Shown piece by piece: positions 1-5,749 of a stretch of DNA of 5,749 bases. How positions within the stretch are numbered: position 1 is the first letter of the stretch; each line of letters opens with the position of its first letter. The position numbers were made by a program, and so were the translations under genes. This stretch comes from Dickeya dadantii NCPPB 898 (GTDB lineage Bacteria > Pseudomonadota > Gammaproteobacteria > Enterobacterales > Enterobacteriaceae): NCBI RefSeq assembly GCF_000406145.1, contig NZ_CM001976.1:261648-267396 (forward strand), given 5' to 3'. The notes below the pieces were generated by a model that saw only the letters and a program-made list of their open reading frames with translations, was not told where the DNA came from and did no database searches.

Positions 1-77
1 ATATTTGGCTTGTTCGATGGATTGGTTCCGTGTGGTTGCACGGATGGTGTGACGGCGGGGAAAGTGAAAAGAAATTT
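1..77 (+). other. 23S-5S internal transcribed spacer (partial), part of the rRNA operon precursor
   Basis: Lies directly upstream of a full-length 5S rRNA and has no 23S-like or coding signal. Contains a small hairpin, tccgtg(27-32)/cacgga(39-44). Assignment is by position only. Confidence 0.5.
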
Positions 78-197
78 AGCCTGGCGGCGACAGCGCGGTG
101 GTCCACCTGACCCCCATGCCGAACTCAGAAGTGAAACGCCGTAGCGCCGATGGTAGTGTGGGGTCTCCCCATGCGAGAGTAGGGAACTGCCAGGCAT
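78..197 (+). rRNA. rrf: 5S ribosomal RNA (120 nt)
   Basis: Near-identical to my recollection of E. coli 5S: gcctggcgg...ccgaactcagaagtgaaacgccgtagcgccgatggtagtgtggggtctccccatgcgagagtagggaactgccaggcat. The 5' gcctggc and 3' gccaggc ends form helix I. Confidence 0.95.
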
Positions 198-208
198 CAT
201 ATAAGGAA

Positions 209-235
209 CCCCCGGTTAACGCCGGGGGTTTTTTT
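209..235 (+). terminator. Rho-independent terminator of the rRNA operon (T1-like)
   Basis: Perfect 7-bp GC stem cccccgg(209-215)/ccggggg(222-228), 6-nt loop ttaacg, then a T7 run (229-235), 12 nt after the 5S 3' end. Confidence 0.9.
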
Positions 236-327
236 GCTATGGGGCCGGGAAGCCTACCGGTCAGGGCAGGCGGCGGCCCGGTGGGGTGGTTTTACGGGCC
301 GGTCCGGTCCTGTGCTTTCCCCGGCGT

Positions 328-374
328 TGTGTCGCGCGCCTGTCGCTGTGCCTGTCGCTTTTTGTACCTGTCGG
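328..374 (+). repeat. Four phased copies of a TGTCGC/TGTCGG motif (three within a longer CCTGTCGC core) upstream of murB
   Basis: tgtcgc at 330-335, 341-346 and 353-358; tgtcgg at 369-374. Start-to-start spacings are 11, 12 and 16 bp. gcctgtcgct is repeated exactly at 338-347 and 350-359. Confidence 0.6.
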
Positions 375-448
375 CTGATAAAACATCCCTCAATAATTCC
401 TCAGGATCAGTTAGACTATAGCTAACTGTTTACTGCGTATTGGTTACT

Positions 449-1486
449 ATGACGAATTCTGTCACATCCCTAAAATCGTTTAATTCCTTCTCCTTACCAG
501 TATTTGCGACAGAAGTCGCGACTATTGCAGATTCAAGCGCGTTGCTATCTGCATGGCAACGCGCTCATCAGGGCAAGTTGCCGGTACTGATATTGGGGGG
601 AGGGAGTAATGTGCTATTTCTTGACGATTTTCACGGCATAATACTCATCAATCGGCTCAAAGGGATTGAGATCAAAGAGACTGCATCTGAGTGGATGCTC
701 CATGTTGGGGCTGGGGAGAACTGGCATTACCTTGTGGAATATACGCTGGAACGCCAGATCGCCGGTCTTGAAAATCTAGCCTTGATCCCGGGATGTGTCG
801 GCTCCGCGCCCATTCAGAATATCGGTGCTTATGGCGTAGAACTGAAAAAGGTTTGCGCTTATGTGGATATGCTAAACCTGAGAACGGGCGAGACAGTGCG
901 CCTGAGTGCTGAAGAGTGTCAGTTCGGTTATCGCGATAGCGTTTTCAAGCATGAATACCAGGACGGATTTGCCATTATCGCGGTAGGATTGCATTTATCA
1001 AAAGAGTGGAAACCAGTTCTGGAATATGGCGATCTTACCCGCCTTGATCCTACGGTAGTAACAGCAAAACAAATCTTTGATGCTGTCTGTCAGATGAGGC
1101 GGAGTAAATTACCTGATCCTGAGGTAATGGGTAATGCTGGTAGTTTTTTCAAAAATCCGGTTATTCCTGCAGCCATGGCTGAGCACATTCTGGCGAGTTA
1201 TCCCAATGTCCCTCATTATCCTCAACCGAATGGTGAGGTAAAACTGGCTGCCGGCTGGTTGATCGATCAATGTGGTTTAAAAGGGTATCAGATTGGTCAG
1301 GCTGCGGTTCATGATAAGCAGGCTCTGGTTCTGGTGAATAAAGGAGAAGCAACCAGTCGTGACGTGGTTAATCTCGCCCGTTATGTAAGGAATCAGGTCG
1401 CAGAGAAATTCGAGGTGTGGCTGGAACCTGAGGTGCGGTTTATTTCCGCTCAGGGCGAAGTTAATGCGCTGGAGGTTCTGGCATGA
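449..1486 (+). CDS. murB: UDP-N-acetylenolpyruvoylglucosamine reductase (MurB)
   Basis: ORF 440..1486. Collinear with my recollection of E. coli MurB ([96 protein letters not shown]). I prefer the ATG at 449 (MTNSV...) over the TTG at 440 because it aligns with the E. coli N-terminus. No obvious SD. Confidence 0.95.
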   Translation: MTNSVTSLKSFNSFSLPVFATEVATIADSSALLSAWQRAHQGKLPVLILGGGSNVLFLDDFHGIILINRLKGIEIKETASEWMLHVGAGENWHYLVEYTLERQIAGLENLALIPGCVGSAPIQNIGAYGVELKKVCAYVDMLNLRTGETVRLSAEECQFGYRDSVFKHEYQDGFAIIAVGLHLSKEWKPVLEYGDLTRLDPTVVTAKQIFDAVCQMRRSKLPDPEVMGNAGSFFKNPVIPAAMAEHILASYPNVPHYPQPNGEVKLAAGWLIDQCGLKGYQIGQAAVHDKQALVLVNKGEATSRDVVNLARYVRNQVAEKFEVWLEPEVRFISAQGEVNALEVLA

Positions 1487-2442
1487 AAGATTATACCGTC
1501 CCGCTGAAGCTAATCTCTATTCTGTCCGATGGTGAGTTTTATTCGGGGGAATACCTTGGCGAGCTAATGGGGATGAGCCGTGCAGCCATCAATAAACATA
1601 TTCAAACTATCAGAGAGTGGGGGCTGGATGTCTTTACCGTAACTGGAAAAGGTTATGCACTTTCTGCCCCGATTCAATTGCTCGATGCGGATAAAATTCG
1701 CTCACATATACAAAGCGGCAATATAGCAGTTCTGCCTGTGATTGATTCGACCAACCAATATCTGCTGGACCGCCTCGATTCGGTATCATCGGGCGACGCC
1801 TGTATTGCCGAATACCAAAATGCTGGGCGGGGGCGTCGTGGTCGAACATGGTTTTCCCCGTTTGGCAGCAACCTCTATTTGTCATTATATTGGCGTCTGG
1901 AACAAGGGCCTGCCGCAGCGGTTGGCGTTAGCCTGGTAATTGGCATCGTTATGGCGGAAGTCTTGCATCATCTGGGGGCTGACGGGGTAAGGGTAAAATG
2001 GCCGAATGACCTATATCTGAACGATAAAAAACTGGCTGGTATTCTCGTTGAATTAAATGGTCGGACGGGAGATGCCGCACATCTGGTTATTGGCGCAGGT
2101 ATTAATCTACGTATGAACTCATCGGGTTCGGATGTGATCAATCAGGGATGGATCAACCTGCAGGAAGCCGGGATCGATATAGATCGTAATATGCTGGCAG
2201 TGAAGCTAATTACTGAACTACGTACTGCGTTGGTTATTTATGAGCAACAAGGTCTGGCGCCTTTTATTTCCCGATGGAACGATCTGGATAATTTTTATAA
2301 TCGTGCAGTGAAGCTGATTGTCGGTAACCGGGAAATAACGGGTATTGATAAAGGTATTGATAGTCAGGGGGCGTTATTGCTGGAGCAGGATGGGGAAATT
2401 CAATCTTATATCGGTGGTGAGATTTCTCTGCGTGGATGGTAA
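1483..2442 (+). CDS. birA: Bifunctional biotin-[acetyl-CoA-carboxylase] ligase / bio operon repressor (BirA)
   Basis: 319 aa. N-terminal wHTH ([18 protein letters not shown]), the biotin-binding GRGRRGR motif, KWPNDLY, and AGILVE. SD ggagg at 1471-1475. The ATG overlaps the murB TGA (ATGA at 1483-1486). Confidence 0.97.
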   Translation: MKDYTVPLKLISILSDGEFYSGEYLGELMGMSRAAINKHIQTIREWGLDVFTVTGKGYALSAPIQLLDADKIRSHIQSGNIAVLPVIDSTNQYLLDRLDSVSSGDACIAEYQNAGRGRRGRTWFSPFGSNLYLSLYWRLEQGPAAAVGVSLVIGIVMAEVLHHLGADGVRVKWPNDLYLNDKKLAGILVELNGRTGDAAHLVIGAGINLRMNSSGSDVINQGWINLQEAGIDIDRNMLAVKLITELRTALVIYEQQGLAPFISRWNDLDNFYNRAVKLIVGNREITGIDKGIDSQGALLLEQDGEIQSYIGGEISLRGW

Positions 2443-2473
2443 TAGGGGATTGTCATCCCCCTATTTTATTTTC
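2443..2473. terminator. Intrinsic terminator shared by convergent birA and coaA
   Basis: Stem ggggat(2445-2450)/atcccc(2455-2460), loop tgtc, then ctattttattttc on the + strand. That T tract overlaps the last codons and stop of coaA. The - strand tail (tattacc) is weaker. Confidence 0.75.
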
Positions 2474-3416
2474 TTAATCGTACACATTCGACCGCATGAT
2501 TTGCGCTTTTGGTCATGATGAGGCTGGCTCGTCCACGCGTTGGTAATATGTTCTGCTTGAGATTCAATCCATTAATCTCATTCCATAATTGTGAGGCGAT
2601 ATTAACAGCTTCCACCTCCGCCAGTTTTGCATAATTGTGGAAGTAGGAATCGGGATTAGTAAATGCGCCCTGCCTGAATTTTAAGAACCGATTAATATAC
2701 CAGCTCTTCAGTAGTTCCTCTGGCGCATCGACATAAATGGAAAAATCCACAAAATCAGATACGAAAACACGATGAGGGTCGTGTGGGTAATCCATCCCGC
2801 TTTGCAGCACATTCAGTCCTTCGAGAATCAGAATATCTGGCTGTTCTATGACCTTATTGCAATCGGGCACAATATCATAGGTCAGATGCGAATAGGTGGG
2901 AGCGGTGACCCAGGGAACACCGGATTTTATCTCAGAAACGAATTTCACCAGGCTATGCATATCATAGGACTGGGGGAATCCTTTCTTCTTCATCAGGTTT
3001 CTTTGCTGTAATACCTTATTGGGATGAAGAAAGCCGTCGGTGGTAATCAGTTCAACTTTGCGATGCTCCGGCCAGCGACTGAGCAGGGCCTGCAGTACAC
3101 GCGCCGTTGTGCTTTTCCCCACGGCGACACTGCCAGCGATACCGATAATATAGGGGATCTTCTGCCCATCGGTTCCCAGAAATTGTTCAAGTACGGCCTG
3201 ACGTCGTAAATTGGAACTGATATAGAAATTGAGCAGTCGAGACAATGGCAGATAAATTTCCGCGACCTCATCCAAAGACAGATCTTCGTTAATGCCTTTG
3301 AGTTTGATGATTTCATCTTCAGTTAGCGTCAATGGTACCGAGTCACGCAAGTGGGCCCACTGCTGGCGATCGAACTGAAGATAAGGCGTTGCGAAAGATT
3401 GCGCTTTATTAGTCAT
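2466..3416 (-). CDS. coaA: Type I pantothenate kinase (CoaA)
   Basis: The 316-aa product from Met-57 of ORF 2466..3584 ([20 protein letters not shown]...) is collinear with my recollection of E. coli CoaA. P-loop [22 protein letters not shown]-terminal [10 protein letters not shown]. The 56 upstream in-frame codons (TTG start) have no counterpart in E. coli CoaA. Confidence 0.93.
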   Translation of the reverse strand: MTNKAQSFATPYLQFDRQQWAHLRDSVPLTLTEDEIIKLKGINEDLSLDEVAEIYLPLSRLLNFYISSNLRRQAVLEQFLGTDGQKIPYIIGIAGSVAVGKSTTARVLQALLSRWPEHRKVELITTDGFLHPNKVLQQRNLMKKKGFPQSYDMHSLVKFVSEIKSGVPWVTAPTYSHLTYDIVPDCNKVIEQPDILILEGLNVLQSGMDYPHDPHRVFVSDFVDFSIYVDAPEELLKSWYINRFLKFRQGAFTNPDSYFHNYAKLAEVEAVNIASQLWNEINGLNLKQNILPTRGRASLIMTKSANHAVECVRLRK

Positions 3417-3573
3417 AAATATATTTCTGCTTGACGCTACCGGTAAGGAAGGGAAACAGCCAGGTTTCAGCGCATGAAACTGAGACACCGGGAGGCTGGA
3501 CAGGTAACAGCCGCAGCATCCTTTCCTGATAAAATTATCGTCCAGCGGGCAGGTTACCACCATGAGGGTCAGG

Positions 3574-3625
3574 AAAAGAAGCAAAAATCTGTATCAGCCC
3601 TGATACCTGTGATACAGGCATCAGG
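3574..3625 (-). terminator. Terminator region after the GNAT gene, made of overlapping alternative hairpins plus a T tract
   Basis: In - strand sense, ctgtatca (complement of 3610-3617) pairs with tgatacag (complement of 3589-3596), an 8-bp stem followed by aTTTTTgcttcTTTT (complement of 3574-3588). A competing 6+5-bp hairpin, 3599-3604/3620-3625 plus 3606-3610/3614-3618, shares the same bases. Confidence 0.65.
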
Positions 3626-3631
3626 CAGGGA

Positions 3632-4180
3632 TTAGCTGGCGAGGGCGCGTTCTACTCGATTCACGGCGAACAGACGCTTGTAGTGAATAGCTGTCGGGTA
3701 GTAATAGCCATCGGGAGAACTCGCATAGTCGGGAAGCTCTCCCAGATAGCGGTAGCCCTGAGTACGATAAAAGTGCTCGGCGGGCGAACCGGCTTGCGTG
3801 TCGAGATAGATTAAGCCACGTCGATGCTGTAATGCCGCTTGTTCCAGCGTGGAGAGTAAACGTTTTCCAATTCCCTGTCGCCGCATGCTGCTATGAACCA
3901 GCAGTTTTTGTACTTCAGCCCGGTTTTGCCCGTTTGATTTTTGGCACAATTCAAGCTGGATACTGCCTATCACGCCATTATCATCACGCGCAATCCATAA
4001 CAGACGCTCTCCTTCAGCGACAGAGGGACGCAGGCTGTGAAAATAGCTCTCGGCTTCTTCGTGCGTCAGCGGAGAGTGGTAACCGACAGACGCTCCCTTT
4101 GCCACAGCATTTACCAGTAAGCTGGCTAACTCGTAACGATAGACCGGAAGAGTGGCGACATTCAGTAATACAATCTTCAT
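3632..4180 (-). CDS. GNAT-family N-acetyltransferase, substrate unknown (182 aa)
   Basis: Met-61 of ORF 3632..4360 (MKIVLLNV...) is preceded by a strong SD, aggaga (complement of 4187-4192), with a 6-nt spacer. The acetyl-CoA motif A, LVHSSMRRQGIGKRLL (Q/R-x-x-G-x-G/A), lies in the position expected for a GNAT fold. Confidence 0.85.
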   Translation of the reverse strand: MKIVLLNVATLPVYRYELASLLVNAVAKGASVGYHSPLTHEEAESYFHSLRPSVAEGERLLWIARDDNGVIGSIQLELCQKSNGQNRAEVQKLLVHSSMRRQGIGKRLLSTLEQAALQHRRGLIYLDTQAGSPAEHFYRTQGYRYLGELPDYASSPDGYYYPTAIHYKRLFAVNRVERALAS

Positions 4181-4334
4181 GCTGTCTCTCCTACTGGGTT
4201 GGGCTAAAGCGAGTCTCGTCTGATGTGTTATGCAAGGAGTGTTCCATTCATCAGATGCGTGACTAAAAGTGGCTAAATGCCGAATCTCATGCTCAGGACT
4301 GCCACAAAGGGGAGCATTATCACTTTTTTGGTGC

Positions 4335-4365
4335 ATGATATGTGGCGATGACGGCGACATATCAT
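4335..4365. promoter_or_regulatory. Perfect 9-bp inverted repeat (candidate operator) in the GNAT/thrU divergent intergenic region
   Basis: atgatatgt(4335-4343) and acatatcat(4357-4365) are separated by 13 bp. On the - strand it sits just upstream of a gataat -10-like hexamer (complement of 4313-4318), about where a -35 element would lie. Confidence 0.4.
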
Positions 4366-4471
4366 TGAGGTCTGAATGCCTGAGAACCGTACGCGCAGCG
4401 CACTTTTAACGTGTTGCCTGACGCTTATTTGCACGAATGATTGATAGTAATGTGAAACAGCATCCGAATTT

Positions 4472-4486
4472 GTGCAAAATCTAAGC
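4472..4486. promoter_or_regulatory. Candidate Fis site centred about -71 from the thrU operon start
   Basis: gtgcaaaatctaagc fits the degenerate Fis pattern G-N2-Y-R-W5-Y-R-N2-C at all but one position. The location matches activator sites known at stable-RNA promoters. Weak motif, call by inference. Confidence 0.3.
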
Positions 4487-4500
4487 GATAGCGCGTTTTG

Positions 4501-4550
4501 AGCAATTTTTTTGTTGCATAGACTGGCCCCTCTGCCTAGAATGCGCAGCA
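4501..4550 (+). promoter_or_regulatory. thrU-tyrU-glyT-thrT-tufB operon promoter (sigma70, stringent type)
   Basis: -35 TTGCAT (4514-4519), 17-bp spacer, -10 TAGAAT (4537-4542), GC-rich discriminator gcgcagc (4543-4549), and an A/T-rich UP-like tract aattttttt (4504-4512). The tRNA starts at 4557. Confidence 0.8.
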
Positions 4551-4556
4551 CTTGAT

Positions 4557-4632
<76 letters not shown>

Positions 4633-4649
4633 TCAAGTACATACAATCA

Positions 4650-4734
<85 letters not shown>

Positions 4735-4881
4735 AATTCAAGTCGTGAAAAATGACTAAACCAATGTGATGTGTAACAGACGTCATGTTGGGGAAGGTGA
4801 GAACCTTCTACGAAGTTCGAGTCGAGCAGCGCTAGACAACTCGCGTAGCACGGCCCGAAAGGTGAGGAGCTGAGCGACGAA

Positions 4882-4908
4882 TAATCCTTCTCCCACTATC
4901 AAATTTAA
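4882..4908 (+). repeat. Degenerate direct copy of the tRNA-Tyr 3' end plus 7 nt of downstream flank
   Basis: taatccttctcccactatcaaatttaa (4882-4908) matches gaatccttcccccaccaccaaattcaa (4715-4741) at 22 of 27 positions. Four of the five differences are C-to-T. The offset is 167 bp. Confidence 0.75.
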
Positions 4909-4964
4909 TCCTGGCGACAGGATACAATCGATACGGTACGAAATATCAAAACCGGATCGAGAAA

Positions 4965-5004
4965 AAAGCAAGGTATCAATATAAATTGTACCTTGCTTTA
5001 TGTT
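4965..5004 (+). terminator. Strong hairpin with flanking A and T tracts inside the tRNA operon (partial terminator or processing signal)
   Basis: aaagcaaggta(4965-4975)/taccttgcttt(4989-4999) gives 11 bp (8-bp GC-containing core gcaaggta/taccttgc) with a 13-nt AT loop. It is preceded by gagaaaaaa and followed by tttatgtt. Confidence 0.5.
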
Positions 5005-5037
5005 CTACAGAGAAATCAGGTAGCCGAGTTCCAGGAT

Positions 5038-5112
<75 letters not shown>

Positions 5113-5121
5113 ATTAGATGT

Positions 5122-5197
5122 GCTGATATAGCTCAGTTGGTAGAGCGCACCCTTGGTAAGGGTGAGGTCGGCAGTTCGAATCTGCCTATCAGCACCA
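5122..5197 (+). tRNA. thrT: tRNA-Thr (anticodon GGT)
   Basis: 76 nt. gctgatatagctcagttggtagagcgcaccc-ttggtaa-gggtg..., anticodon GGT at 5155-5157, CCA encoded. Matches my memory of E. coli thrT. Confidence 0.97.
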
Positions 5198-5267
5198 CTT
5201 CTTTATTTTCCTCCTGATTTTCTTTCTGTTAAAAGCTCAGCAAGTAATTGCTTGGTTGATGTGGTGA

Positions 5268-5749
<482 letters not shown>

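Noticed and set aside
98-425. ORFs 98..421 and 234..425 (+)
   Set aside because: The first begins inside the 5S rRNA and runs through its terminator. Both lie in the GC-rich non-coding block, have Arg/Gly/Cys-rich low-complexity translations, and lack an SD. They are artefacts of GC-rich sequence.
1161-1939. Short ORFs inside murB and birA (1161..1352 -, 1634..1885 -, 1674..1871 -, 1742..1939 +)
   Set aside because: All are fully embedded, antisense or out of frame, in confidently identified conserved genes. None has a start context or recognisable motif.
2772-3316. ORFs 2772..3011 +, 3024..3209 + and 3047..3316 - within coaA
   Set aside because: They are antisense or out of frame within coaA and have no independent signals.
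3495-3558. Crossing inverted repeats gctggac/gtccagc (3495-3501/3540-3546) and ggtaac/gttacc (3503-3508/3553-3558), suggesting an H-type pseudoknot in the coaA leader
   Set aside because: About one 6-7-bp inverted repeat of this kind is expected by chance in a 200-nt region. There is no supporting conservation information.
3417-3584. 56-codon in-frame N-terminal extension of coaA (TTG at 3584, or ATG at 3563), Cys-rich
   Set aside because: E. coli CoaA, as I recall it, aligns from the Met at 3416 (MTNKAQ vs MSIKEQ). The extension has no SD and an implausible composition. An open frame of this length occurs by chance at a rate of a few percent.
4188-4257. GNAT 5' UTR hairpin (4217-4225/4249-4257) whose loop carries ctcct (- strand) complementary to the GNAT SD
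   Set aside because: The anti-SD pairing is only 5 bp, which is not statistically meaningful. On the + strand the same aaggag has no start codon at a usable distance.
3832-4266. ORF 3832..4266 (+), 144 aa
   Set aside because: It is antisense to the GNAT gene across most of its length, with no SD and no motif.
4181-4360. 60-codon upstream extension of the GNAT ORF (start at 4360)
   Set aside because: The strong SD aggaga lies 6 nt before the internal Met at 4180, and a 182-aa product has typical GNAT length. The extension is rich in Ser/Pro/His and has no SD.
4273-4551. ORF 4273..4551 (-), 92 aa, upstream of the GNAT gene, considered as an antitoxin partner for a TacT/AtaT-like GNAT toxin
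   Set aside because: It would start (GTG) inside the thrU promoter, is Cys/Arg-rich and has no ribbon-helix-helix-like N-terminus. It is separated from the GNAT gene by ~90 bp rather than being coupled. With no credible antitoxin, I do not support the toxin-antitoxin reading of the GNAT gene.
4769-4873. 34-aa Arg-rich ORF (MCNRRHVGEGENLLRSSSRAALDNSRSTARKVRS) in the tyrU-glyT spacer, reminiscent of the small basic tpr ORF in the E. coli tyrT repeats
   Set aside because: It has no SD and lies within decayed tRNA-derived repeats. The basic composition is expected from GC-rich tRNA-like sequence. Only ribosome profiling or conservation of the frame could rescue it.

Overview
This is a core-chromosome segment of an enterobacterium, recognised by synteny with the E. 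coli rrnB-distal/tufB region (recalled from memory, no database search). On the + strand it holds the end of an rRNA operon (23S-5S spacer, 5S rRNA, intrinsic terminator) and then a murB-birA pair whose stop and start codons overlap. On the - strand it holds coaA and a 182-aa GNAT N-acetyltransferase that I do not recall at this position in E. coli K-12. Back on the + strand come a stringent-type promoter, the thrU-tyrU-glyT-thrT tRNA cluster and the 5' part of tufB (EF-Tu), which runs off the window. All long antisense or overlapping ORFs in the track look spurious. No CRISPR array, transposase or integrase is visible. The most unusual stretch is the ~303-bp tyrU-glyT spacer. It carries a decayed copy of the tRNA-Tyr 3' end 167 bp downstream of the real one, a tRNA-like closed module with internal repeats, and a strong hairpin flanked by A and T tracts inside the tRNA operon. 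Secondary points are the GNAT insertion, mutually exclusive hairpins between the GNAT gene and coaA, a perfect 9-bp inverted repeat in the GNAT/thrU divergent region, and a GC-rich block with phased TGTCGC repeats between the rrn terminator and murB. I see no clear multi-gene novel system. The findings are mostly non-coding and need RNA-seq and comparative genomics to judge.
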